Shown here piece by piece: positions 9,658 to 19,061 of a stretch of DNA of 23,472 nucleotides. This stretch comes from Deltaproteobacteria bacterium. GTDB lineage: Bacteria > Myxococcota > JACRCW01. Below the pieces are notes generated by a model. The model made no database searches, was not told the origin of the DNA, and was given only the letters and a program-made list of their open reading frames with translations. A program made the translations under genes and the position numbers. The stretch spans positions 62,001 through 85,472 of the forward strand of contig JACRCW010000071.1 of the NCBI GenBank assembly GCA_016218805.1, read 5' to 3'. Positions within the stretch are counted from its first letter, which is position 1, and every line of letters starts with the position of its first letter.

Positions 9658-11049
9658 GTGACGGCAATCCAGTTTCTCGGCGCGGCGGGAACGGTGACGG
9701 GCAGCAGGCACCTGGTGGAGCACCGCGGCAAGCGCGTGCTGCTGGACTGCGGGCTGTTCCAGGGCATCAAGGAGCTGCGGCTGCGCAACTGGGAGCCGTT
9801 CCCCGTGGACGTGCAGTCCATTGACGCCATCGTGCTGTCGCACGCGCACATTGACCACAGCGGGTTCCTGCCGCGCGTGTACAAGGACGGCTACCGCGGG
9901 ACGGTGTGGTGCACCTCCGCCACGCGGGACCTGCTGGCCATCATGTTGCCGGACTCCGGCCGCCTCCACGAGGAAGAAGCGTCCTACGCCAACAAGAAGG
10001 GCAGCAGCCGGCACAAGCCGGCCCTGCCGCTGTACACGGAGGAGGACGCACGCGCGTGCCTGTCGTTGTTGCGGCCGGTTGCGTACGACACGCCCACGCA
10101 GATTGTTCCCGACGTCACGCTGCGCATGGTGCGCGCGGGGCACATCCTGGGATCAGCCAGCGTGAACCTGGACCTGGTGCGCGCGGGCGGCGGGGTGCAC
10201 CGCTTCACGTTCTCCGGTGACCTGGGGCGCTATGACATGCCCATCATCACGGACCCCGCGCCCGCCCCGGAGGCGCACACGCTGCTGGTGGAGAGCACCT
10301 ACGCCAACAAGTCCCACCAGGAGACGGACCCCAAGGTGGCCCTGCGTGACGAGGTGCTGCGCACGGTCCGCGAAAAAGGCGTGCTGCTCATCCCGGCGTT
10401 TGCCATTGGACGGACGCAGGACCTGCTGTACCACCTGCGGCAGCTGCAGTTGCGCAAGGAGATTCCCGCGCTGCCCATGTTTGTGGACAGCCCCATGGCG
10501 TCTGACGCCACGCCGCTGTACCTGCGCCACCGCGAAGAGCACGACGAGCACATGCAGGCCCACCTTGAGAACGGTGACCGGCCGTTGAACCCGGAGCACG
10601 TGTCGTTTGTGCAGTCACGGCAGGACTCCAAGACGCTCAACGAGAAGAAGGGCCCGGCCATCATCATCTCCGCGTCAGGGATGGCGACGGGTGGACGCGT
10701 GATTCACCACCTGATGCGGCGCCTGCCCGACCCTTCCACGACGGTGCTGTTTGTTGGGTACCAGGCGGAAGGGACGCGCGGGCGGCGGTTGCTCAACGGG
10801 GAGCCCTCCGTCCGGATGTTTGGCGAGGACGTTCAGGTGCGCGCGCGCATTGCGCGGATTGAGGGCTTCAGCGCGCACGCAGACGCGGCGGAGGTGGACC
10901 GCTGGCTGGGATCCGTGCACACGCCGCCCACGCGGACGTTCTGCGTTCACGGGGAGCCCGCGGCGCTGGCGGCGGCGCGGGAGCGTCTTTCCGCCCGCGG
11001 GTGGAATGCCCTGGTTCCCGCACACGGCGAGCGCGTGGTGCTGGACTAG
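9658..11049 (+). CDS. MBL-fold beta-CASP ribonuclease (YSH1/COG1236-type)
   Basis: FLGAAGTVTGS, LLDCGLFQG, LSHAHIDHSG, AGHILGS, FSGDLG, VESTY, IPAFAIGRTQ, SASGMATGGR, GYQAEGTRG, FSAHAD, VHGE; GGAGG RBS before GTG. Confidence 0.95.
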   Translation: MTAIQFLGAAGTVTGSRHLVEHRGKRVLLDCGLFQGIKELRLRNWEPFPVDVQSIDAIVLSHAHIDHSGFLPRVYKDGYRGTVWCTSATRDLLAIMLPDSGRLHEEEASYANKKGSSRHKPALPLYTEEDARACLSLLRPVAYDTPTQIVPDVTLRMVRAGHILGSASVNLDLVRAGGGVHRFTFSGDLGRYDMPIITDPAPAPEAHTLLVESTYANKSHQETDPKVALRDEVLRTVREKGVLLIPAFAIGRTQDLLYHLRQLQLRKEIPALPMFVDSPMASDATPLYLRHREEHDEHMQAHLENGDRPLNPEHVSFVQSRQDSKTLNEKKGPAIIISASGMATGGRVIHHLMRRLPDPSTTVLFVGYQAEGTRGRRLLNGEPSVRMFGEDVQVRARIARIEGFSAHADAAEVDRWLGSVHTPPTRTFCVHGEPAALAAARERLSARGWNALVPAHGERVVLD

Positions 11050-12101
11050 CGCCGGGACAGCGCGTCCACCGTCACCGCGGCGAGCAGCACCGCGCCGGTG
11101 GCCATGAACTTGGCCGCGGATCCCACCGCCAGCAGGTCCAGCCCGTTGGCAATGGTCCCCACGACGAGCGCACCCAGCAGGCCCGACCACGCGCTGCCAG
11201 ACCCGCCCTGCAGGCTGGTGCCGCCGATGACCGCCGCGGCCACAGCGTTGAGCAGCGTGTCGCCGCTGCCGGAGGACTGGTGCACAGCCAGCACGCGGGA
11301 CGCAGCCAGCACACCGGACCACGCCGCCAGCGCTCCGGCCACTGCAAATGCCGCCGCGCGCACGCGCTCAACGGGGATGCCCGCGCGGCGGGCCGCCTCC
11401 GCATTGCCACCCACCGCCACCAGATGCCGCCCGGCGCGCGTGCGGCGCAGCACCACATCCAGCGCCCACGCCAGCGCCACCAGCAACAGGAACCCCAGCG
11501 GCACGCCCCGGTCCGCCGCGAACACAACGAGCGCCACGCCGCACAGCACCGCGGGCAGCGCCGTCCGCGCCAGCCCCGCGTGGCGCGCGTGAAATCCCAG
11601 CGCCATGACCGCAACCGGTCCCACAAGCACCACCGGCACAAACGCACCGGCGAGCGCGACCAGCAGCGGGTCGCGCAGGTTGAGCGCCCCGGTGTCCCCC
11701 AGCACCAGCAGCAGTGCGCCCTGCCACGCCAGCAACCCACCCAGCGACACAACAAACGACGGAATGCGCACCCACGCGGACAGCGCGCCCTGGCCGAACC
11801 CCAGCGAGGCACCCAGCAGCGTGCCAGCCAGCAGCGCCCCCGGGGCGTTCCACCCGCGGGTCACCAGCACGGCGGTGACGGCGGCGCACAGCCCGGAGGT
11901 CGCGCCGGCGGCCAGGTCAATTTCGCCGGCGAGCAACACCACACCCAGCGCCGTCCCCAGCACGCCCAGCGCGGCCACCTGCCCGGCGAGGTTGGTGAGG
12001 TTCAGCGCGGTGAGGAAGTTGGGGTTGAGCGCCTGGAACAGCAGCCACAGGGCGGCGGTTCCCAACACCAGCGGGAGCGCCCCGCGCGGCACGCGCTTCA
12101 C
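11046..12101 (-). CDS. xylH: Sugar ABC transporter permease (XylH/RbsC family)
   Basis: FLTALNLTNL, GEIDLAAG, IPSFVVSLGG, AVGGNAEAARRAGI, AAAVIGGTSLQGGSG; multiple hydrophobic helices. Confidence 0.88.
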   Translation of the reverse strand: MKRVPRGALPLVLGTAALWLLFQALNPNFLTALNLTNLAGQVAALGVLGTALGVVLLAGEIDLAAGATSGLCAAVTAVLVTRGWNAPGALLAGTLLGASLGFGQGALSAWVRIPSFVVSLGGLLAWQGALLLVLGDTGALNLRDPLLVALAGAFVPVVLVGPVAVMALGFHARHAGLARTALPAVLCGVALVVFAADRGVPLGFLLLVALAWALDVVLRRTRAGRHLVAVGGNAEAARRAGIPVERVRAAAFAVAGALAAWSGVLAASRVLAVHQSSGSGDTLLNAVAAAVIGGTSLQGGSGSAWSGLLGALVVGTIANGLDLLAVGSAAKFMATGAVLLAAVTVDALSRR

Positions 12102-12844
12102 GCGGCGGTCTCCGTCGTTGTCGCGCCGGTGATCTCCGCCACCACGCGCTCCCGGGTGACCGCGTCACGCCGGTGGAGTCCCACCACGCGGCCGTGGCGC
12201 AGCACCAGCACCCGGTCCGCCACCGCCAGGACGTCCGCAAGGTTGTGACTGACCAGCATGATTCCCACGCCGCCGTCACGCAGGCCGCGCACCACCCGGA
12301 GCACTTCGTCCGCCTGCCGGACGCCCAGCGCCGCGGTGGGCTCGTCCAGCAGGACCACGCGCGGGTTGCCCAGCATGGCGCGCGCCACGGCGATGCACTG
12401 GCGTTGCCCGCCGGAGAGTGTCTCGACGGGAAGGCGCAGGTCCGGGAGCGTGACGCCCAGGCGCCCCAGCACCGCCCGGGTTGCCTGTTCCATGGCGGGC
12501 TCATCCAGCAGGCCGCGCCGCACGCGTTCCCGGCCCAGGAACAGGTTGGCCACCGTGTCCAGGTTCCCGCACAGCGCCAGGTCCTGGTGCACGGTCTCCA
12601 CGCCGGCGCGGCGGGCGTCCGCGGGCGTGCGGAACCGGACCGGGTTGCCGTCCAGCAGCAGCGTGCCGTCGTCAGGCGGGGTGCTGCCATGGAGCACGCG
12701 GAACAGCGTCGTCTTGCCCGCGCCGTTGTCGCCCACCACGGCCAGCACCTCACCGGCGTGCAGCGTGAAGGACGCCCCCGCCAGTGCCTCCACCGCCCCA
12801 AAGCCACGGGTCAGCCCGCGCGCCTCCAGCAGCGGCGCGGTCAC
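12098..12844 (-). CDS. Sugar ABC transporter ATP-binding protein (single nucleotide-binding domain)
   Basis: Walker A GDNGAGKT, HQDLAL, signature LSGGQRQ, Walker B LLDEPTAALG, H-loop VSHN; GTG 12844 overlaps the binding-protein TGA. Confidence 0.92.
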   Translation of the reverse strand: MTAPLLEARGLTRGFGAVEALAGASFTLHAGEVLAVVGDNGAGKTTLFRVLHGSTPPDDGTLLLDGNPVRFRTPADARRAGVETVHQDLALCGNLDTVANLFLGRERVRRGLLDEPAMEQATRAVLGRLGVTLPDLRLPVETLSGGQRQCIAVARAMLGNPRVVLLDEPTAALGVRQADEVLRVVRGLRDGGVGIMLVSHNLADVLAVADRVLVLRHGRVVGLHRRDAVTRERVVAEITGATTTETAA

Positions 12845-13917
12845 GGGATGCCCAGCTCCCGGCAGGCGGCGGCGGTGTCGCCGGAGCACACGTCCGCCGT
12901 CTTCCAGAAACCGTCCTTGATGACGGTGTCCTTCACGTTGGCGCGCGTGACCACCACCGGCTCCAGCAGCAGCGCCGGGACCCGTGCGCGGCCGTTGTCC
13001 ACGCGCGCGCGGTACGCGGGCTCGTTGGCCACGGCGGCGGGCGCCAGCGCCCCGGTGGCCAGGCGGAAGGCCAATTCCGCGGCGGCTTCCGCTTCCGGCC
13101 GGATGGCCTTGTACACCGTCAACGCCTGCTCCCCGACGAGAATCCGCTGGATGGCCGCCAGCTCCGCGTCCTGGCCGGTGACCGGCGGCAGCGGCGAGAC
13201 ACCCGCCGCCTTGAGCGCCGCAATGACGCCGCCCGCGGTGCCGTCATTGGCCGCGTACACGCCGTCCACCTTGTTGCCCAGCGCGGTGAGCGCCTGCTGC
13301 ATCTGCGCCTGCGCCTTGTCGGGACTCCAGTCGGGTGTGTCGTATTCGCGTGTGACGGTGACCTTGCCGTCCAGCACGGCATGCGCGCCGCGCTTGAACA
13401 TCCCCGCGTTGTTGTCCGTGGGTGACCCGTTGATCATCACCACGGATGCGCCGGCGCGGCCGCCCAATGCGCGCAGCAGTCCCTCCGCCTGCAGGCGCCC
13501 CACGCGCTCGTTGTCAAATGAGATGTACGCCGTCACGGCGTCGGTTCCCTTGATGAGCCGGTCGTACGCCACCACGGGCACGCCGCGCGCGCGCGCCAGG
13601 TCCGCCACCGCCGCCGCGGCATCCGAATCCACCGGGTCCAGCACCAGCACGCGCGCACCGTTGGCCAGCGCGGCCTCCGCCTGGGTGCGCTGCGCCAGCG
13701 GATCCTGGTTGGCGTTGCCGTACAGGATGTCGTCGGGCTTCATGCCCAGCGCGGTGAGCCGGGCCCGGAAGTGCGGCCAGTCCTGCGTTTCGTACCGGGC
13801 TGTCTTGGATTCCGGCAGCAGCAGCGCCACCCGCGGAGCCGTGGCGGCCTCCCGCCGGCACGCTGCCCCGGACACCACCGCCGCCGCCGCCACCACCACC
13901 CAGCCAATCTGGCGCAT
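12841..13917 (-). CDS. xylF: Sugar ABC transporter substrate-binding lipoprotein (XylF-like)
   Basis: LLPESKTARYETQD, VVAYDRLI, YISFDNERVG, GSPTDNNA, DWSPDKA, AANDGTAGG, TGQDAE, TVYKAI; lipobox-like GAA-C; GGAGG upstream of ATG 13917. Xylose specificity is inferred. Confidence 0.88.
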   Translation of the reverse strand: MRQIGWVVVAAAAVVSGAACRREAATAPRVALLLPESKTARYETQDWPHFRARLTALGMKPDDILYGNANQDPLAQRTQAEAALANGARVLVLDPVDSDAAAAVADLARARGVPVVAYDRLIKGTDAVTAYISFDNERVGRLQAEGLLRALGGRAGASVVMINGSPTDNNAGMFKRGAHAVLDGKVTVTREYDTPDWSPDKAQAQMQQALTALGNKVDGVYAANDGTAGGVIAALKAAGVSPLPPVTGQDAELAAIQRILVGEQALTVYKAIRPEAEAAAELAFRLATGALAPAAVANEPAYRARVDNGRARVPALLLEPVVVTRANVKDTVIKDGFWKTADVCSGDTAAACRELGIP

Positions 13918-14003
13918 GCCGCCTCCCGGTTGGGCCGACGTGTAGACCAGCGCACCGCTTGAACGCACCCGCCCCTGTGGCAGCGTGCGCGGCGGAGGTG
14001 CCC

Positions 14004-14768
14004 ATGCAGCCGGTCATCGTGGAGCGGGAGGGGGAGGTCACCGTCGTCGTCATCAACCGCCCGGAGGCGCGCAACGCGGTGGATGGGCCCACCGGGAAGG
14101 CGCTCACGGACGCGTTTGTGGCGTTTGACGCGGATGCGGAAGCCCGCGTGGCTGTGCTGTGCGGCGCGGGCGGGACGTTCTGTGCGGGGGCGGACCTCAA
14201 GGCGGTGGGCACGGAGCGCCAGAACCGCGTGGAGCCGGACGGGCACGGGCCGCTGGGACCGTCGCGCTTGTGGCTGTCCAAGCCGGTCATCGCCGCGGTG
14301 GACGGGCACGCGGTGGCCGGTGGGCTGGAACTGGCGCTGTGGTGTGACCTGCGCGTGGCTGAGCAGGACGCCGTGTTTGGCGTGTTCTGCCGCCGCTGGG
14401 GCGTGCCGCTGATTGACGGGGGGACCTTCCGCCTGCCTCGGCTCATCGGGCTGTCGCGCGCGCTGGACCTGGTGCTCACCGGGCGCGGCGTCGGCGCCGC
14501 GGAGGCGCTGCAGATGGGGCTGTGCAACCGCGTCGTGGGCAAGGGGAGGGCGCGTGCGGAGGCGGTGGCGCTTGCGCGGGAGATGGCCGCGTTCCCGCAG
14601 GCGTGCCTGCGCGCGGACCGGGAGAGCACCTACCGCGGGTTTGACCTCCCGGCTGACCAGGCGCTCCGCGCGGAGTTTGAGCGCGGTGTGCCGGCGCTGC
14701 TGGCGGAGGGCGTGGGCGGTGCGGGCCGGTTTGCCGCAGGCGCCGGGCGCCACGGACAGCGCGCGTGA
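14004..14768 (+). CDS. Enoyl-CoA hydratase/crotonase family protein
   Basis: INRPEARNAVD, FCAGADLK, KPVIAAVDGHAVAGGLELALWCDLRVA, RRWGVPLIDGGT; GGAGG RBS. Confidence 0.93.
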   Translation: MQPVIVEREGEVTVVVINRPEARNAVDGPTGKALTDAFVAFDADAEARVAVLCGAGGTFCAGADLKAVGTERQNRVEPDGHGPLGPSRLWLSKPVIAAVDGHAVAGGLELALWCDLRVAEQDAVFGVFCRRWGVPLIDGGTFRLPRLIGLSRALDLVLTGRGVGAAEALQMGLCNRVVGKGRARAEAVALAREMAAFPQACLRADRESTYRGFDLPADQALRAEFERGVPALLAEGVGGAGRFAAGAGRHGQRA

Positions 14769-14774
14769 GCTGCG

Positions 14775-16550
14775 TCAGCGCCGTGCGCCGGAGACGTGGT
14801 CCACCTTGAAGACAAACACGTCCTGTTGGCCCGTCGCGGCGTGGCCGTCCCACGCCCCCTGCGCGTCCCCCACCGCGAACACGTCCCCGTCCGTATTCAC
14901 AGCCAGGCCGTTGACGCCGTCCGGCTGAGCGCTCCCGGCCTGCACCGTCCACACGGTGGCGCCCACCGGGTCCAGCGCGTGCAGGTAGGCATCCGTGCCG
15001 CCCGCTGAGGCGTGCCCCACAAGCGTGCCCGCCGTGTGCCCGCCGATGACCAGGTTCCCCGCACCGTCGATGATCGCCGTGTAGCAGCGCTCGCGCGCCG
15101 CGGTCCCCAGCACGCGCACCCAGCTCACCGCAAAGGTGCTGTCCAGCGCAGCCACCAGGCAGTCGTCCTCCGTCCCGTGCAGCGTCTCGCCCATGACGTC
15201 GCTGCTGGAGGTGTACCCGACCAGGTAGAACGCGTCGCCGGTGGCGGGCTGCTGCAGGCTGAACGCGCGGTCCGGACCGGCGCCGCCCAGTTGCAGCACC
15301 ACCGTGGGGTTGGCGCTGGGCGCGGTGAACCTGGTCAGTGTGGCGTCCTGCAATCCCTGGCTGGCGGCGCCCATCAGTCCGGCGGTGTAGCCCGCCACCA
15401 GCGTGCCGGTCGGCCCGGCCACGCAGCCCGTGGCCGCGTCATACGCGCCGCTCCCCCACAGCGCGGTCCACGCCACCGCCGGGGCGCCTTCCACATCCAA
15501 CACCATGATGAACTGGTCACTGCCACCGCCCGCGTTGGTCTGTCCGCCCAGCGATCCGCCTGCGGCACCGGTGACGCAGACCTGCGGCGTGTTCCCTTTC
15601 AGCAGTGACGCGCCCAGCACAAAGTCCTCGCCGTCACCACCCGCCTGCAGCACGGCGGTGCGCGCGCCGTCCGTTTGCCGGTGCACCGCCAGGAACACGT
15701 CATGCGCGCCGGCGGACGTCTGGCCGGTGAAGGTCCCCGCCGTATGGCCCACCACCAGCAGCGAATCCCCCCGCACCAGCAGGAACGCTGCGGTATCCGC
15801 GCCGGTGGTCCCGTCCTGCGCCACCCACGTGAGCTGGCCGTACGGATCAAAGCGCGCCACAAAGTAGTCCGCGCCGCCGTGCGGCGTGGCGCCCGGCATG
15901 GTCCCAGCGGTCTCCCCCACCACGAACACCGTGCCGTCCGCCAGGACTTTCACATCCCAGCCCGTCTCATCCGCCGTCGTGCCCCCCGCCAGGCTGTCGG
16001 CCGGGAGCGCCAGGGTGGCGGACGCGGTGCCCCCCGCCGCGTCAGACGCGGTGACGGTGGCCGGGCCGGCCGTCCACGTCCGCCGGTAGGTCCCGTCCGC
16101 GTCCAGCCGCCCCGGCCCGGACAACGCGTACGAATAAGGAGGCACCCCGCCGGTACCCTGGAAGCGGATGCTCCCGCCCAGCCGCGCGGTGCCGGACGCG
16201 GGGCTGATGCCCAGCGGCAGCGGTCCACTGCTGGAGGCTGCACCGGACGAGGATGCGCCCGACCCGGCCGCGGAGGCTGACGACGGCCCCGCCGTGGACC
16301 CGCCGCCCCACGACGTGGAGTCCACCGTGGACGACGACACCGACACGCTTCCGGACGACGAACCCGGGGCGCGCGCCGCGCACACGCCGTCCTGGCAGCC
16401 CTTGCCGCGGCCGCAGTCCGTGTCGTTGTTGCACCGCTCCACGCACTGCCCGCCGACGGCGACCTGGTCCTCCGAGCAGCGGGGACCGCATCCGGATAGC
16501 CACGCCATCGACGCGACGCACACGCAGGCAGACGCGGAGGCTCGCCACAT
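14775..16550 (-). CDS. Lipoprotein with Cys-rich N-domain, Ser-rich linker, Ig-like domain and SBBP-type beta-propeller repeats
   Basis: Lipobox LSG-C; CSEDQ..CVERCNNDTDC..GCQDGVC; Ser/Gly/Ala linker; GGVPPYSY; repeated (V/I)xGxTxG..GxxDxF(V/L) units. Confidence 0.8.
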   Translation of the reverse strand: MWRASASACVCVASMAWLSGCGPRCSEDQVAVGGQCVERCNNDTDCGRGKGCQDGVCAARAPGSSSGSVSVSSSTVDSTSWGGGSTAGPSSASAAGSGASSSGAASSSGPLPLGISPASGTARLGGSIRFQGTGGVPPYSYALSGPGRLDADGTYRRTWTAGPATVTASDAAGGTASATLALPADSLAGGTTADETGWDVKVLADGTVFVVGETAGTMPGATPHGGADYFVARFDPYGQLTWVAQDGTTGADTAAFLLVRGDSLLVVGHTAGTFTGQTSAGAHDVFLAVHRQTDGARTAVLQAGGDGEDFVLGASLLKGNTPQVCVTGAAGGSLGGQTNAGGGSDQFIMVLDVEGAPAVAWTALWGSGAYDAATGCVAGPTGTLVAGYTAGLMGAASQGLQDATLTRFTAPSANPTVVLQLGGAGPDRAFSLQQPATGDAFYLVGYTSSSDVMGETLHGTEDDCLVAALDSTFAVSWVRVLGTAARERCYTAIIDGAGNLVIGGHTAGTLVGHASAGGTDAYLHALDPVGATVWTVQAGSAQPDGVNGLAVNTDGDVFAVGDAQGAWDGHAATGQQDVFVFKVDHVSGARR

Positions 16551-16672
16551 GGTGCCCGAGTCTAGTGCGGACCCGCCGGACTGCCCACGCCTCATTCCGT
16601 GCCGCCGCGTGCGCCGCACTTGCGGCGGTCAGCCCTTGCCGGCGCGCCGGGCCGCCGCCCACTGTGCGCCGC

Positions 16673-17692
16673 ATGTGCGCTGCCCCCGCGTTGGACCGCG
16701 TCCGCGGCCTGCTCCTGGGAACCGCCGTGGGTGACGCGCTGGGCCTGCCTGCGGAGGGCCTCTCGCCCCGCACCATCGCGCGGCGGTTTGGCGCGCTGGA
16801 CCGCTACCGCCTGCTCGGCCGCACCGGGTTTGTTTCAGATGACACGGAGCAGGCCGCGCTGGTGGCGCAGTCACTGTTACACGCCCGCGGTGACGTGGAC
16901 GCCGCACGGCGGGCGTTCCGCGCCGCGCTCCGCGGTTGGTTCCTGTGCCTGCCGTTTGGGATTGGCCTGGCCACGCTGCGGGCCTGCCTGCGCCTGCTGC
17001 TGGGCCTGCAGCGCAGCGGCGTGCACAGCGCGGGCAACGGTGCGGCCATGCGGATGGCCGTGGTGGGCGCCTACGCGTGGGCGGATGTGGAACTGCGTCG
17101 CCGGCTCGCCACCGCGCTGGCGGAGGTCACCCACCTGGACGAGCGCGCGGTGGAGGGCGCGGTCTTCGTGGCCTCCGTGGCGGCGGGCTGCCTGGTTGCG
17201 GCGGCGCCGGCGGACCGGCAGCAGGCCGTTGCACACGCCGTGGCCGCGGTGCGCGCGCCTGAACTGCGAACCGCGCTTCAACGCGCCCTGGCGCTGGCGG
17301 ACGCCCGCGCGCAGGACGCCGCGCACGAACTGGGAACGGACGGCTTTGTCCTGCGGAGCCTGCCGTGGGCCACCTGGTGCCTGCTCACCCATGGTGACCG
17401 CCCCGTGGAAGCGCTGCGCGTGTGCATCCGCGGCGGCGGAGACACGGACACCAACGCGGCCATCCTGGGCGCGTGGCTGGGCGCGCTGCACGGTGCCGCC
17501 GCCCTCCCGGAACCGCTGGTGACGTCGCTGGCGCCCGGTCCCTTTGGCCGGGACCACCTGGATGCGCTGGCCGGGGCGCTGTGCGCGGGCACGCCGCCCC
17601 CGCGCTACCGGCGCGTGCTGGCGCTGCTGCGCAACCTGGCGCTGTACCCGGTGATCCTGGCGCACGGATTCCGCCGCCTGCTGCCGTTCTGA
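16673..17692 (+). CDS. ADP-ribosylglycohydrolase (DraG/ARH family)
   Basis: GTAVGDALG, SDDTEQ, GNGAAMR, EVTH, GGDTDTNAAILGA. The start could instead be GTG 16664. Confidence 0.9.
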   Translation: MCAAPALDRVRGLLLGTAVGDALGLPAEGLSPRTIARRFGALDRYRLLGRTGFVSDDTEQAALVAQSLLHARGDVDAARRAFRAALRGWFLCLPFGIGLATLRACLRLLLGLQRSGVHSAGNGAAMRMAVVGAYAWADVELRRRLATALAEVTHLDERAVEGAVFVASVAAGCLVAAAPADRQQAVAHAVAAVRAPELRTALQRALALADARAQDAAHELGTDGFVLRSLPWATWCLLTHGDRPVEALRVCIRGGGDTDTNAAILGAWLGALHGAAALPEPLVTSLAPGPFGRDHLDALAGALCAGTPPPRYRRVLALLRNLALYPVILAHGFRRLLPF

Positions 17693-17824
17693 GACGGGCC
17701 CGCCGCGTTCTGCAGATTCCACGGCATTGGGGCGCGTGCGCCCGCTCCGCCGTTGGCAGGCGGGTTGCTTTGTCCTCCGTTGACGGCCGCGCCCCTCCCG
17801 GGCTGCCGGCCGCACGAGGACCCC

Positions 17825-18898
17825 ATGACCGCCCTGCCGCTTTCCCCGGCCCCTCTGGACGCCGGCGCTCCGCCTCCCCACCGCGCTCCCCATCTGCACG
17901 TGCTGCCCGGCGGCGCCACGGACCGGCCGCTGCCCCGCGCCCAACGCGCGGCGTGGCTGGTGGACGCGCCCTGGCCGGAGCTTGAATCGTATGTGCTGTC
18001 ACGCCGCCGCCGGGCGGACGTGCTGGGCGTGCCGTTGCTCGCGCAGGGCGAGGAGCGCTGGGGCGCAGAAGGTTTTGCCCGGGTGCACGGCTCCAGCCTG
18101 CTGGGGTTCCTGCGCGGCCGTGACCTGGCAGACGTGGCCCACCTGCCCGCCGCCCGCCTGCGCGTCCGGTTCAAGTATGACGATCTCATTGCGCGCTCGT
18201 TCATCCCGTTGCTGGGCCGGGACGTCCCCGAGGTCACGGTCTCCCAGAACCTGCTCCCGGCGCTGTGGCGGTCCGGTGCGCTGCGGGGGCGTGCCGTGGA
18301 TGTGCTCATGGTCCGCCTCCCGCTGCACGTGCTGCACGCGCGCCTGGACCAGGCCGCGCGGCTGCACCCGCTGTCGCTGTCGCTGGCCACCTACCGCGCG
18401 CCGGATGATGTGGTGGATGACGAGGCCGAAGCGCTGGCGGCGGCGCGGCGCGTGGTGACGCCGCACTCGGAGATTGCCGCACTGTTCCCCGGCCGTGCGC
18501 TGAAGATCCCCTGGGTGCTGCCGGATGCCGGCCGCCACCGCCCCGGACCGCGCGTGGTGCTGGCCGGCCGGACTGACGGGCTGCAAGGCGTGTACGAACT
18601 GCGCGACGCCGCCTGCCACCGTAACGCAGCTCTGACCACGCTGGAGCCCCCGCGCGAATACCTGTCGTTCTGGCGCGGGATGGACGTGCGGCGCCGCCCC
18701 GTGCGCGACGCGTTCCTGGACGCCGCCGTCGCCGTGCTCCCCGCGTGGTGCTGCAGCCGGCCGGGCGCCGCGCTGGCCGCGGTGGCTTGCGGCGTTCCCG
18801 TCGTCGCCACGGCCGCCGCGGGATTGGCCGGCGTCCCGGGCGTGCGCGAACTCCCCGTGGGTGACGCTGTGGCCCTGGCCGCGGCGCTGCCGGGATGA
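17825..18898 (+). CDS. Hypothetical protein with glycosyltransferase GT-B-like C-terminus
   Basis: GAGGA RBS before ATG 17825; ARRVVTPHS and VLPAW..ALAAVACGVPVVATAAAG resemble the GT4-type nucleotide-sugar domain, but without the usual Glu. Confidence 0.6.
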   Translation: MTALPLSPAPLDAGAPPPHRAPHLHVLPGGATDRPLPRAQRAAWLVDAPWPELESYVLSRRRRADVLGVPLLAQGEERWGAEGFARVHGSSLLGFLRGRDLADVAHLPAARLRVRFKYDDLIARSFIPLLGRDVPEVTVSQNLLPALWRSGALRGRAVDVLMVRLPLHVLHARLDQAARLHPLSLSLATYRAPDDVVDDEAEALAAARRVVTPHSEIAALFPGRALKIPWVLPDAGRHRPGPRVVLAGRTDGLQGVYELRDAACHRNAALTTLEPPREYLSFWRGMDVRRRPVRDAFLDAAVAVLPAWCCSRPGAALAAVACGVPVVATAAAGLAGVPGVRELPVGDAVALAAALPG

Positions 18899-19019
18899 CG
18901 CGCCCTGAAGGCCGCCGGTTTTTCCGGTGCGCGCGGTGTTGCCGCGCAGGCTGCGGGTAGGGCCTGCCCGCCAGAATCACAGCGGCCTGCGAACATTGAA
19001 GATCAGCCGTCCCTTCCCG

Positions 19020-19035
19020 GGGCACGTCCGGTGCT
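19020..19035 (+). promoter_or_regulatory. Putative sigma54 (-24/-12) promoter
   Basis: gGGCACG-tccg-gTGCT matches TGGCACG-N4-TTGCW with correct GG/GC spacing; predicted start near 19046, followed by GGAGG (19051) and ATG (19062). Confidence 0.6.
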
Positions 19036-19061
19036 TATCCTAAGCGGTCCGGAGGCGGGGA

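Noticed and set aside
9658..11049. MBL-fold gene as a beta-lactamase or defence nuclease
   Set aside because: It has the full beta-CASP RNA-processing motif set, no signal peptide and no defence-gene neighbours.
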